Source: the human T2T-CHM13v2.0 reference genome, Homo sapiens. From it: a stretch of DNA of 64,000 nucleotides. A model generated the notes under the pieces. It did not search any database and was not told where the DNA came from. It worked only from the letters and a program-made list of their open reading frames with translations. Position numbers and translations under genes: made by a program. Positions 14,178 through 32,126 of the stretch are shown one piece after another. Within the stretch, counting starts at the first letter, position 1; each line of letters begins with the position of its first letter. Where the stretch lies: the NCBI RefSeq assembly GCF_009914755.1, contig NC_060933.1, one strand, 5' to 3'.

Positions 14178-14692
14178 ATGCAGTATATATATATAACCTT
14201 AAAGACCTTGATTTAGGGGATTTATATTCTGGCCATGGTGCAGAAATCTACACTGGACTTTCCCTCACACTGTAAACAGCAGTAAGCCTGGACACAATAT
14301 ATGACACTAATGTTTTTCGGTATTGGACAATAGACAACATAGGACAGTGATTCCTGAGGGAAGGAAAACACTCAACGTGAGTCACACATTTACCCTTGCT
14401 CTCTGCCTAAGGACAATTTCTTGATCATGGCTCAGAGAGGTAGATCCAAAGGAGAGCATGATAGTACCAGGGAGTAACACAGATGTTGGAATTAGCAGGC
14501 AATGTCTTTAAAGCAGCTGTTATAAATATATTTATGGACATAAAGGAAATATTGTTTTAATGGATGCACGGATGGAGAATCTAAGCAGAAAAATGGAAAC
14601 AGTAGAAAAATACAATATCAGAAATAAAAAATTCGTTGGATAGGCCTAACAGCTGAATGTGAAGATGGATCCATGGAAATTATTTAATCTGA

Positions 14693-15381
<689 letters not shown>

Positions 15382-15742
15382 CAGGTGCCCTGTTACTGAG
15401 GCTCCACTAAAAAATAATAATAATAAAAGAGAGGGCCTTTGTGAGCTATGGAATATATTATATATGTATTTGGAACATGGGTGTAGTTGGAATGCCAGAG
15501 GGAAAAAGAGGAAGAAAAAATATTTGAAGAAATAATGGTCAAAAGTTTTCTGAACTTGGTGGAAAACATATAGGACTATCAGAAACTCAGTGAGCCCCAA
15601 GCAGGATAAATACAAATAAAACCACATCTAGGTCTTTTATAGTCAAACTACTGAAAACCAAAGATAAAACTAAAACCTTGGAAGTAGCCAAAGAAAAATG
15701 ACAAATTGCATACAGGGAAACAATTATATGAATTGTGGTTGA

Positions 15743-16402
<660 letters not shown>

Positions 16403-17668
16403 CCTTCTATTAATTTTCTTAAAAGACAGATGACTGTTTAAAGCAAAAAACAAAACAAAACCATTATTGTCAAGTAGGGCTTACACTGTATACAGAAATA
16501 AAATATGTGACAACAATAGGGGAAAGGATGAAGTAGTGGTGGTAAATAGAATTAGCATGTTATGAGATTATTACATTGTGAAGTGTGAAGTGATACAATA
16601 TTTATTTTTAGTAGACTATGATAAGTTCAGGATGCATATTGTAACCCTTAGAGCAACCACACATGCACAAAATACAAAAAGGCACATATGAAAAGCCAAT
16701 AGAGAAAGCAAAATGGAGTACTAAAAAATTTCAGTTAATACAAAAGAAGGCAGAAGATGAACAGAGAAACAAAAGCAGATGAGAAAAACTAGAAAACAAA
16801 GAGCAACATGGTAAAGACCTCCAATTAAGAGGCAGAGTTTATCAGGCTAGGAAAAAGAAAAAAACAACTATATGTTGCCTGTTACAAGAAATATATTTTA
16901 AATGTAAAAACATAGAATGTTTGAAAATAAAAGAATGGAAAAATAAACTAAGCAAATGGAAAGCATAAGAAATCTGTATGAGTATCATTATCAGACAAAG
17001 TAGTCTTCAAGACAGGAAGTATTCCCAGAGATAAATGGGGACATTTTAAAATGACAAAGGGTCAATTCAAGAGGGATACATAAAATCACAAAGTGTATGC
17101 CTCAAGATATAAGAATCAAAAGAACTTCAAGATGTAAGCATCAAAAAATGACAGAACTAAAGGGAGAAGTAGAAATATTCATAATGATAATTTGATATTT
17201 TAACATTATTCTCTCAGTAGATCTGAACAGTGCTGTTAACCAACTTGACCTAATTAACATTTATAGAACACTATACTCAAGAACAGTAGAATGAAAACTA
17301 CGCCCAAGAACTGCAGAATTTTCACAAGGATGAGCCATATACTGGGACATAAAATAAGTTCAAATGCATTTCAAAAGGTTAATATCTTACAGTTTAACTT
17401 AATTCAAATTCAACATCCATCCTTGCCAAAAAAGAATCTCAGCATATTAAGAGTAGTTTGAACAAAATAGAAGTAAATAATATCTTCAAAATCTCTGGGT
17501 ATTTAGAAATTAAAGAATACTTCTGAATAACCTATAGGTCAAGAAAATCATAAGGAAATTAGAAAATATTTTTAATTGTAATGAAAATAAAACATAAAAA
17601 TTGTGAGGTGCTGCTAGAATTGTGCTTAATAGAAAGGTATAGTTTTAAACGCTGTATTAGAAAAGAAA

Positions 17669-18302
<634 letters not shown>

Positions 18303-19143
18303 TCAAAGTATTTCTTCATATTAACAGGATAAAGAAGAAAAAATCCTATAATGATGACATCTCAATAGATTCAGAAACAAAAACATTGACAAGATTAAAC
18401 ATCCATCCACAAAAGATTGTTATAATGATCAAATAAGATAATGTACTCCAAAATGTCTAGTAAACTGAAAGATGCTATATAAATGGAAGTATTTTTATTG
18501 TCATCCTTCTGCTGTGACACCCTGAGATGCACAGGCTCCTTTCTAATAAGATTTCTTGGGATCTGGAAAACATACTATTCAATTATTCATTCTAAGCCCT
18601 CAGAATGGAACTCAATTGCCTTGCATGGCAGACTGCATGGAATAATAAAAATAATGACAGCCAAAATGTCTACATTGCCACTAGTACTTGAGGGCTTACT
18701 TTATGCTGGGCTCTGTGTTAGTGCTCTTCATACATTATTTTATTTTATACTCACAGCAATTCTATGAGGAGGGCACTAATATTTTTCTCCCCCTTACAGA
18801 TGCAGAAATGAAGTTTAGGGACTAAACGCCTTGCTCAACGTCTTACATATAATTCGTAGCAGAGGCAGGTATCCAGCAAAGGCTTACTCTAGAGCTCCAG
18901 CTTTTAAATCCGATACTTTCTGGCCTTCTGCAGCCTTATCTGGGAAGGGTCCTATATAATTGGCTTCTGCCCTCCTGTGTTTCCAGGGAGGAATGGGGCT
19001 GGTCTTGTATTCTCTTTTCCAGCATTCTGAGCACTGTGCTAACACTGCATTCATAGGAAAGAAAAATTTATCATGTTGATTTTTACATTCTTAATTAGCA
19101 TTTGAAATTATAAAAGTAATGCATATTCACATTTAATACATTA

Positions 19144-19438
19144 GGCTGGGTGCAGTGGTTCACGTCTCTAATCCCAGCATTTTGGGAGGCTGAGGCAGAA
19201 GGATCACTTGAGGCCAGAAGTTTGAGACCAGCCTGGGCAACATAGTGAGACACTGCCACTACAAAAGATTTAAAAATTAACTAGGCCTGTTGGTACATGC
19301 CTGTATTCCTAGCTACTTGGGAGGGTGAAGCAGGAGGATCCCTTGAGCCCAGGAGGTCACAGCTGCAGTGAGCCGTGATTGTGTTGCTGCACTCTAGCTT
19401 GGCGATGGAGTAAGACCCTGACTAAAAAAAAAAAAAAA
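19144..19438 (+). mobile_element. AluJ-like
   Basis: Dimer with A tail. Confidence 0.88.
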
Positions 19439-19723
19439 TTATGACGATGAGTATATAACAGTATTAGTCCCCTTCCCCACAATTCTGTAGTCACACTGCA
19501 TGCACAAAAACCACTGTCAACAGATTCTATATATTCTTCCAGAAATTTTGTATGTATATGCAAATACACATATACACATATTCTTAAAGTAAACAGATGG
19601 GGCATCTATTCCTGTAACTTGCCTTTTTATTTGACAATATGCCTTGGAGAGCTTTCCATAGCAATACATAAAAGTTTACTTCATTCTTTCTACTTTATTT
19701 TTTCAACAATATACTATTTTTAA

Positions 19724-21389
<1,666 letters not shown>

Positions 21390-23532
21390 AAGGTGTGAAT
21401 ATTTCTATCAGAAAACTCAAGAAAGTGGAGCCATTGAGTTGAGGGGTATATGCATTTTAAACTTTGGTACACATTACAAACTTTGGTACAAAAAGTTTGC
21501 ATCAGTTGGCACTACCACAACAATGTATGTGTGCCTGTTACCCTGCATAGACCACTATTCAAAGTTTTAATATTTTCTTCAACTATAAACACTTATTGAG
21601 TGCCTTCTGTGTGCTTTAGACACTGCACTAGGCTCAGAGATTTAAAATGTATTCAGTGTAGCTGGAGGAAGATTTGTTGGTGAATTGCTGCTGTTCCTTT
21701 GGGACTAAGAGCTTTTAACCTTTTAGAAACGGAAACGGCAAGCTGGTGAGGTATTTAGTTTCAATTTAGCTTAATGGAAACCTGTTAGTGAGTTTTAAAA
21801 TAAGGACCAAGACAACTGAGATGGTAAACGAAGTCTCCTGGGCCCCAGGAAGGAGGATGCAGCATCTGTGGGTTTGCATGCTTTGAAGAGCCCCTCTTTC
21901 CAGGAACAATCATGTTTCAGCATTGAACTCTTGAGCAGAGATGTGAGCTGCTGAAATCTAGTCATCCCTAAGGCAGGTGCTTCCTAGAAGGCAAAGGGCC
22001 ACACAGATCCCATGTGACTGACAGCAGAGCAGGGTCTATAAGTGGGAAGGTAATGCTGTCAGGCATCATTTATTGGGCACACACTCTGGCCAGTTGCACA
22101 TAAAGTGCACCACACTATGCACCTTATGTGTGTTGTTGACTCATTTAATCCTCATAACAAGCCTCTGATTGTCTGAGGGTGCCATTATAATGCCAATTTT
22201 TAAAATGAGGATACTGAGGTTCAAAGAAGACAATTAACTTGCCTGGGGTCATAAAACTATTAGCAGGTAGCAGAGTGGGGACTCAAACCCAGCTATGGTT
22301 GACTTCAAAGCCCACACTTGGGTTCCATGGCTCCATCTGATCACATACTCATTTTTAAAATATTATATATTTATGGTAGAGAACAGCTTAAGAATTTTTT
22401 ATCTCCTTATTTATCACTAAAATACGCTCAGGGACAAATAGATCGCTTACATTGTTCAGTGGGGTCATGAACCAAAACAGGTCTAAATGCAGGTAAATGA
22501 CCAGTAGGTGGTAATAATAATTATCTCTTACATTGACAGAATTTTTGTTTTCAATGTATCCTTCCATTGACCATGTCATTTGATCTGAACAATTCTCAGT
22601 GTCCTTGTCTTTAAAAGGGGAACAGTTTTACCTACTTTGCAGGAAGGCTGTGAAGATTGGGAATAATGACCGTACAATGCCCAGCAAGGTGCCTAGCTAT
22701 TAGTGAGTGCTCACTAGATTACAGTTAGGGATGGTGATGGTAATCAACTGGTCTCTGCCTCTCTCCCCTCCCCTAACCCCGCTGCAGATAGTACTAGGTT
22801 GATAGACTTCAAACATCTGCCCTTGGTGTGTCACTGCTGTACATGAGAATGCCTCTTTCCAACCACCTCATTCTCTCTCAGCTCCTCTCCACGGCTTTCC
22901 AGACTTCTTTGGGACTTCCTCTCTGCCCTTTGGCTTCCTCAAGTGTTCCAGGACAGACCGAGTGGGGCTGCACTGGAAGCTGCTTATGGAAAAAGACAGT
23001 CCTTAGGGCTGGGCCAAGTTAGGAGGGGTGTTAACTTAAAGATCATCCAAAAGTGTGCTAAGCCAAGGAGGTGATCCAGAGCTGTGCTAGAAGAACAAGG
23101 GGGTTAAAGGCCCAGAGAGGTGGCATCTTGAATGAGGTAAGGGGACCCATGCAGAGGCTAGCCTGACAGAAGGGTGGCCAGACATCATGGTTGGTAGTAT
23201 TGAGGGAAGGGAGAAGGATGCTCGGCATAGAGCAGTGAAGTTAGATGGTCCATGGAAGAAATCCTGTGAACCTAAGGAAAGAGAGGAGGCATTTTATTTG
23301 GGCAGCTCCCTTCTAAATCAGCCACTATCACCTGTGTGAGGCTTGGGGCATATCTAACCACTGGGCACACAGGCTCAGTCCCTCTGCTTACATGGCTCTT
23401 TCCTACATAAGCTTAGGGAGAATTGTACGTGACTGAATGTGGCTGTAGGAGGGGAAAAGTAGGAGATGAGGTAGATGCCATGTTCAGGGGCTTGGGCTTC
23501 ATCTCATGGCGGAGGGTGGGCTCTTGGAGGCT

Positions 23533-23772
23533 TTATTTTATTATTTTATTTTATTTTGAGACAGGGTCTCGCTATTTTGCCCAGATTGGAGTGTAGTGGC
23601 ACAATCATAGCGCACTGCAGCCTTGAATTCCTGAGGTCAAGCAATCCTCTTACCTCAGCCTCCCAAGTAGCTGGGACTACAGGCACACACCACCACACCC
23701 AACTAATTAAAAAAAATTTTTATGTGGAGATGGGGTGTGGCTTCGTTGCCCAGGCTGGTCTTGAACTCTTGG
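23533..23772 (-). mobile_element. Partial AluJ-like
   Basis: Right arm plus part of left arm. Confidence 0.85.
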
Positions 23773-24427
23773 AGGCTTTAAATCAAGAGAATGACACAAT
23801 CATATTTATGTTTTAGGAAGATCATTTGTAGATAGTGATTAAGAGTTTGGGTTCAAATCCTGGTCAACTTTGGGTCAGTTGCTTGATGTCTCTATACCTC
23901 AGTTTTCTCATTTGTAAAGTAGGAATAATGATAGTTCATACTCCATATGGTGGTTGTGAAGATTAAATGAAATAATGTGCATAAATAGCTTAGTAAATGA
24001 CCGGCCCAGAGTAAGTTCTCAGTAGCAGTAATTATAATGATATAATCATTAGAGTAGAGAGAAACTGGAGTCAGGGAGATCAAATGTGGTTAGGCAAAAG
24101 ATAGTAAGGGCCTGAAATAAGGAGAGGATTATTAAGAAAGATATTAAAGAAATAGAATTGTTAGGCTTTGAAACATAATGCTAGTGAGAGGGTGAAGAAA
24201 GGGCAAATATCTTTAATGGTTCCCAGTTTCCAACCTGGGTGACTAAATGGATAGTGGTACACTTGAGTGAGAGGGGGAATCCTGGAGGAAGTGGCAGTTT
24301 AGGGTGAAAAAAGAACATAATGAGGTCAGTTTTAAAGATATTGAGTTTGAGTACTCTGTCATCAATTCGAATATGAGGTTCTGGGAAGTCTAAGCTGCAG
24401 AAATAGATCTGGGGAGACCAAGACCCT

Positions 24428-24428
24428 G

Positions 24429-24459
<31 letters not shown>

Positions 24460-24711
24460 TTTTTTTTTTTTTTTAGTCTCAGCTCACTGTGACCTCTGCC
24501 TCCCGGGTTCAAGTGATTCTCCTGCCTCAGCCACCTGAATAGCTGACGTTACAGGCGTGCACCACCATACCCGGCTAATTTTTGTATTTTTAGTAGAGAT
24601 AGGGTTTCACGATGTTGCCCAGGCTGGTCTCGAACTCCTAGCCTCAAGTGATCCGCCTTTCTCAGCCTCCCCAAGTGCTGGTATTACAGGCGTGAGCCAC
24701 AGTGCCTGGCC
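24428..24711 (-). mobile_element. Alu with (CT)n(T)n tail
   Basis: (CT)n then poly-T then antisense Alu lacking part of its 3' end. Confidence 0.85.
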
Positions 24712-26797
24712 ACGAGAACTTGTCTCAGGGAAAACAAATAATAAAAGTAGATTTGAGCTTTATCATAAGGTGGAAGATGAAAGATGAAGCTACAGGTGGG
24801 GATAAGAGCATTCAAGGGGAGGGTGTACAATAGGAAGACCAGAGGGTCAAGCATATATCCCTGGAGAGGTCAAGGATATTGAGGAGCCATTGGAGAGATC
24901 AGTGACATGGAAAAGAAGGTAGAGAAGTTTCAAGAAGGAGGGAGGGAGCCCTCAGCAATGTCAAGTCCTATAAGAGAACTGAGAAGTGACCACTAGGCAG
25001 CTGAGTTGTGATTGGTGACTTTTATAAGAGCAGTGACCTCCATCCAAATGCTAGCCTCTGTGCTAGTGATCCAAAGACGAATAAGACTCAGTTCCTGCTC
25101 TCACAGTGCTCACACTGAAGTCCACAACAAGAATGGAAAAATGCTCTGCTGTGAAAGAGTTCAGGCTGAGACATCTGTTATCCCATTGATCCGCAGGGCT
25201 AAATTGTCTGCCACGGTGGGCTGGGAGGGTTTCCTCTCCCTGCTTCACTCTTTCATAGACATCTTCCCTTGGCCAAATAGAATGGCCTATCCAAGAGAAG
25301 AGGACCTTCTTTGGTCAATAGCATAAGAACGCCAAGCTGCCTCCTATGTGTACTGCAGTGTGATGCTTCTTTTCATAACACTATTCCCTTCTGTAGACCA
25401 GACCCAGAGACTAACAGAGTGTCTATTTACGTTTGATCATTCAGTACTTGTGATGGAAGGTGGAGGGTAGCCTTGCTTAAAGTGAGGAAAGGAAGAGTAG
25501 AGGGAGGTAGGAGAAAGGTGGGAAAGGAAAAGTTAGATAAAGGACTAGCAGAGGCTAGTTGGGTAGGGTTTTGTTAGGCAGAGATAGTGGAAGCAGGGAG
25601 AGGAAAGGGGAAGATGGCATTCCTGGCAGAGGAGTGGTAACAGCAAAGGTGGAGAGGTGGGAAAACACAGGCCAGGCCCAGGGACTCGCTGGACTGCACC
25701 TCGGAGTCCTAGCACATGAGTGGTAGAACGGTTGGAATGGAGGCTTGGGGCCAGATGATAGAATTTTGAGGGCTAGGGGAAGAGTTTGAGCTTTCTTCTG
25801 TAGCTTGATAGCTTCTAGGAGGAACCATCAAAGGCCTTTCAGGAATTCAGGCTTGTCTGTCTCAGGCTTCTCATTCTGCAAGACCAAGGGCCCAAAGTGG
25901 CAGCCTGACATTCTATCTCCTTTGCCATGGTTGGGAAGTTAGGGCTGTAGCTGATTTCATTGGCCTGTTTTGCATTTATTATAGTGTGGCTTTTATAGTG
26001 TGTTAATTGAAATATTTCCAACTGCCAAAAACAATTACACTCAAATTGCCTTGTCAGTTCTTTTATTGCCAGATAAATGTTTTACAGACATATTTACAGG
26101 GGGCAGCGGTAACTGGATCTCGTTTTCTATTTAAGGCTTGTGGTTTGGGTTGGGATTGGCCCTCCTGTGCTCTATTGTGAGCCTGAAAGTTGTTACACGT
26201 TGGGACGCTTCCATCCCATTACCTTATGGATCAGAGGCTCTCCAAAGGAAAGTAGCTCTCTGGCTCGTGTGGCTTAGCCTCAGAGAAGGGTTCCCATCAT
26301 TGGAAACCTTGGCAACCTGACAGCTATTTGAATCCTGCTGCCTGCTCTATCAGCAACAATCCCAGCCCAAGATGAGACATGCTTTTCTCTTTCCCTGGAA
26401 TTCCTTTCCTCCCTTCCACCCTCCAACCCTCTCCCAAAGACCCTATCATGCAAGAGCTGCAAGAGCTATAAGTGCCCATCTAGTCTAACTCCCTCTCTTT
26501 GCATTTGGGAAACTGACTCCCCTCTCTTTGCATTTGGGAAACTGAGGCTGCCCCAAGATCACACAAGTGGTCAGTGACAGAGCTGGAAGCAGGGGTTCCT
26601 TTCCAATGTGCCATGCTGCCACCAACGTGTGCCCTTCAGCTCTTCTGCTGCATTGAACCCTCCTGCAGTGCACTAGGCCTGCTCCTTCCAGGAGCCCCTC
26701 CCTCACGTCTCCAGTCCCCTCATATGCTTGATCATCTGAAACACCTATTTGTTCTGTATATATACTGTGGGATTTTTGTTGGTTTGTTTGGTGGAAC

Positions 26798-27091
26798 TTT
26801 TTTTTTTTTTTTTTTTTTTTTGAGATGGAGTCTCGCTGTGTCACCCAGGCTGGAGTCCAGTGTGCGATCTTGGCTCACTGCAACCCCTGCCTCCTGGGTT
26901 CAAGCGATTTTCTTGCCTCAGCCGCTTGAATAGCTGAGATTACAGGTGTGTGCCACCACACCCGGCTAATTTTTGTATTTTTAGTAGAGACAGGGTTTCG
27001 CCATGTTGACCAGGCTGGTCTCCAACTTGTGACCTCAGGTGAGCTGCCCACCTCAGCCTGGGATTACAGGCATGAGCCACCGCGCCTGGCC
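26798..27091 (-). mobile_element. AluS-like
   Basis: Poly-T plus antisense dimer. Confidence 0.9.
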
Positions 27092-27170
27092 AACTTTGTA
27101 CATGATGTTTTCTTCTGAAAAACATTTTCTCCACCTAGACAATGCATACTTGTCCTTTGACATCCAGTTA

Positions 27171-27783
<613 letters not shown>

Positions 27784-28027
27784 TGTTTTTTTAAATCTCT
27801 TTATTGCCTGGTACAGAGATGAACACTTAGAGTATGCTTTAAAAATATTTGTTGAACCAGTTGCAAATAAATTCCCAGTGCTAAGTTACTTGGTCGTGAT
27901 CTTCATGGGTCAGTCCCACTGATGCTGAAACTGGGTTGCCTCAGATATAGGACCTGTCTGGCTGGGCGCAAAAGAATATGTTGCCTCTGAGACTGTTTCT
28001 GAAACTTGGGAAGGCTCAACCTCCTTT

Positions 28028-29866
28028 TGTGTCTGGAATTGGTGGGTTCTTGGTCTCACTGACTTCAAGAATGAAGCCGCGGACCCTCGCGGTGAGTGTT
28101 ATAGCTCTTAAGGTGGTGCGTCTGGAGTCTGTCCCTTCTGATGTTCAGATGTGTTCCGAGTTTCTTCCTTCTGGTGGGTTCGTGGTTTCGCTGGCTCAGG
28201 AGTGAAGCTGCAGACCTTCACGGTGAGTGTTACAGCTCTTAAGATAGCGCGTCTGGAGTTGTTCGTTCCTCCTGGTGGGCTCGTGGTCTTGCTGGGCTCA
28301 GGAGTGAAGCTGCAGATCTTCACAGTGAGTGTTACAGCTCATAAAAGCAGCGTGGACCCAAAGAGTGAGCAGTAGCAAGATTTATTGCAAAGAGCAAAAG
28401 AACAAAGATTCCACAGTGTGGAAGGGGACCCGAGCAGGTTGCCAATGCTGGCTCGGGCAGCCTGCTTTTATTCTTATCTGGCCCCACCCACATCCTGCTG
28501 ATTGGTAGAGCCGAGTGGCCTGTTTTGTCAGGGCGCTGATTGGTGCGGTTACAATCCCTGAGCAAGATACAAAGGTTCTCCACCTCCCCATCAGATTAGT
28601 TAGATACAGAGTTTCCACACACAGGTTCTCCAAGTCCCCACCAGAGCAGCTAGATACAGAGTGTCGATTGGTGCATTCACAAACCTTGAGCTAAACACAG
28701 GGTGCTGATTGGTGTGTTTACAAACCTTGAGCTAGATACAGAGTGCTGATTGGTGTATTTACAATCCTTGAGCTAGACATAAAGACTCTCCAAGTCCTCA
28801 CCAGAGCAGCTAGATACAGAGTGTCGATTGGTGCACTCACAAACCTTGAGCTAAACACAGGGTGCTGATTGGTGTATTTACAATCCCTGAGCTAGATATA
28901 AAGACTCTGCACGTCCTCACCAGAGCAGCTAGATACAGAGTGTTGATTGGTGCACTCACAAACCTTGAGCTAAACACAGGGTGCTGATTGGTGTGTTTAC
29001 AAACCTTGAGCTAGATACAGAGTGCTGATTGGTGTATTTACAATCCTTGAGCTAGACATAAAGACTCTCCAAGTCCTCACCAGAGCAGCTAGATACAGAG
29101 TGTTGATTGGTGCACTCACAAACCTTGAGCTAAACACAGGGTGCTGATTGGTGTATTTACAATCCCTGAGCTAGATATAAAGACTCTCCACGTCCCCACC
29201 AGACTTAGGAGCCCACCTGGCTTCACCTAGTGGATCCCCCACCGGGGCTGCAGGTGAAGCTGCCTGCCAGTCCTGCGCCTTGCGCTCGCATTCCTCAGCC
29301 CTTGGGTGGTCGATGGGACTGGGCGCCGTGGAGCAGAGGATGGTGCTCGTCGGGGAGGCTGGGGCCGCACAAGAGCCCATGGAGTGGGTGGGAGGCTCAG
29401 GCATGGCGGGCTGCAGGTCCCGAGCCCTGCCCCGTGGGAAGGCAGCTAAGGCCCGGCGAGAAATCGAGCGCAGTGCTGGTGGGCCAGCACTGCTGGGGGA
29501 CTCAGTACACCCTCCGCAGCCACTGGCCCGGGTGCTAAGTCCCCCATTGCCCGGGGCCAGCAGGGCTGGCTGGCTGCTCCGAGTGCGGGGCCCACCAAGC
29601 CCACGCCCACCCGGAACTCCAGCTGGCCCGCAAGCACCGCACTCAGCCCCGGTTCCCGCTGGTGCCTCTCCCTCCACGCCTCTCCTTCCACACCTCCCTG
29701 CAAGCTGAGGGAGTGGGCTCCGGCCTTGGCCAGCCCAGAAAGGGGCTCCCACAGTGCAGTGGGGGGCTGAAGGGCTCCTCAAATGCCACAAAGTGGGAGC
29801 CCAGGCAGGGGAGGTGCCGAGAGCAAGCGAGGGCTCTGAGGACTGCCAGCACGCTGTCACCTCTCA
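28028..29866 (-). mobile_element. Full-length solo ERV9 LTR (LTR12C-like), ~1.84 kb
   Basis: - strand begins TGAGAGGTGACAGCGTGCTGGCAGTCC and ends CCAATTCCAGACACA; TG...CA ends; CTTT TSD at 28024-28027 and 29867-29870; CCAAT tandem array; subfamily assignment from memory of consensus. Confidence 0.92.
28630..29195 (-). repeat. LTR12 U3 tandem CCAAT (NF-Y-type) enhancer repeats
   Basis: ATTGG at 28667, 28708, 28749, 28827, 28868, 28946, 28987, 29028, 29106, 29147 (spacing 41 or 78 bp). Confidence 0.9.
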
Positions 29867-29972
29867 CTTTGACTGTGAGATCCCTGGGCAGGAGCCTCCC
29901 TGAAATACTGTTTATGATATTTCCATGTCAATTTGCTTATGACTTACCTTCTGTTTTCTGTTCTTCATTTAG

Positions 29973-30005
29973 AGCATCAGCATAGGCAGAGGAACCAGGA
30001 AGAGA
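29973..30005 (+). CDS. DNAI1: DNAI1 exon 2, SISIGRGTRKR
   Basis: Pyrimidine tract + TAG acceptor; 33 nt; GTAAGT donor; phase 0-0. Confidence 0.93.
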
Positions 30006-30458
30006 GTAAGTGCTGAGACTACCATGGTCTCTCAGCAAGATGCTAATAGTGTTTTTTTTGTTGAAAATATTATTTATGTGTTTTTAGAAAATGCAAATGA
30101 ACTAAAAGAAGAATGTTAAAATCACCCTTAAACCTACCACCTTATAATAACTTTAGTTAACATGTGATGTTACATCCTCTCAGATATTTTTATGCATATA
30201 TAAAATTACATGTATTTATTATTTTTCTTTGGAGGAATAAGAGAGATATATTTATTTTTAAGTGGAACCAAACTATATATGTTATTTTATAACATGTTTT
30301 TCACATAAAATATTTAGAGTGCCTTCCATTGCTAATAAATATATTTTTATAGCATCATTTGAAATTACTACATAATATTTTACCATATGTTCCTTAAGAC
30401 TGTACCATAATTTGTTCAACCATGCCTCATTGGTGGACATTTAAATGCTTCCTTTTTT

Positions 30459-30801
<343 letters not shown>

Positions 30802-31666
30802 CTAACATCAGTACACCTAAATCTTTGGGCATATTCCTTAATATAAATTCCTACATGTACAAATTTGGGTAAAAGAGTATAAACAGTTATTAGGCTTTGA
30901 TAAATATTTTCCAATTGATTTTTAGAAAGGTTATACTAATTTGTGAGTGCTCATTTCCCTACAGCCCCATGAATGCTGGATATTCGTTTTGGTTGTTTTA
31001 TAGTTTGCCAATTTTATAGTGAAAAAATGCATTGTTTTATTTTGTATAATTTTGATTGTTAGTGAGAGTGAACATTTAAAAAAATATATCATGGGCCACT
31101 TTGGCAACATGTTTAAGTGTCTACCAGGGAAAGGCAAACCTTCTAGTCCTTGATTTTTTTGCTCCAAGGACCTAATGGGACTGTGAGGCTTAAAATAACT
31201 AAGTACAGAGAGTATTGAGTAACCTTAAGGTGGTAGTTGGGAAGATAAAATATAAATTAGAGTTGAAGTAACAGCTTATTATCCTTTCTTGATGTCTAAA
31301 CCACTTTGCATAAAGCCCTGCCTTTGGCTGTTAGTCCTAAACATTAGCTTCTGGGCTTTACAGAAGGCAGTAGGGAGGAACCAGTTCTTCTGGTCCCACT
31401 ACTGGGGCCAGAGGCCTACCACAACATTCCAAGTTCCAGCTAAGCCTGACCCCCAGGGCAGAGGTGGCCAGGATCTTCCAGGCAATGAGAACTCTGGCCT
31501 GAGCAGTTCTTTTGGACTCTTTCATGAGTGGTATGTTATACATTTTGTATTCTACATACAAGGGGCAGAGCTTGGCTTCTGGGAGTGTTTGTGAATGAAG
31601 GGGCTTTCTGTATGCTTGTCCAAGCAGAAAAGACACTCCCAAGCCTCATGTGAGGTTTTTGTCTAG

Positions 31667-31774
<108 letters not shown>

Positions 31775-31913
31775 TAGCCTCTTGTTCTTGCTCCTTGTAC
31801 CTCTTCCAGTTTCGGAGATGTGTTCTTCCATAGTACATGATTAGGAGCTTGCCCAGAACCTGGGTGTGAGATGTCTGCTGATACTCTGAGGGATCCTTCT
31901 AAGCCTCAGATAG

Positions 31914-32126
<213 letters not shown>

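Noticed and set aside
28630-29195. Regular repeat array superficially like CRISPR
   Set aside because: The intervening segments are themselves repeated, the context is human, and the array is the normal ERV9 U3 structure
29171-29860. 229-aa ORF on the - strand
   Set aside because: Lies wholly in the GC-rich part of the LTR12; a repeat-derived spurious ORF
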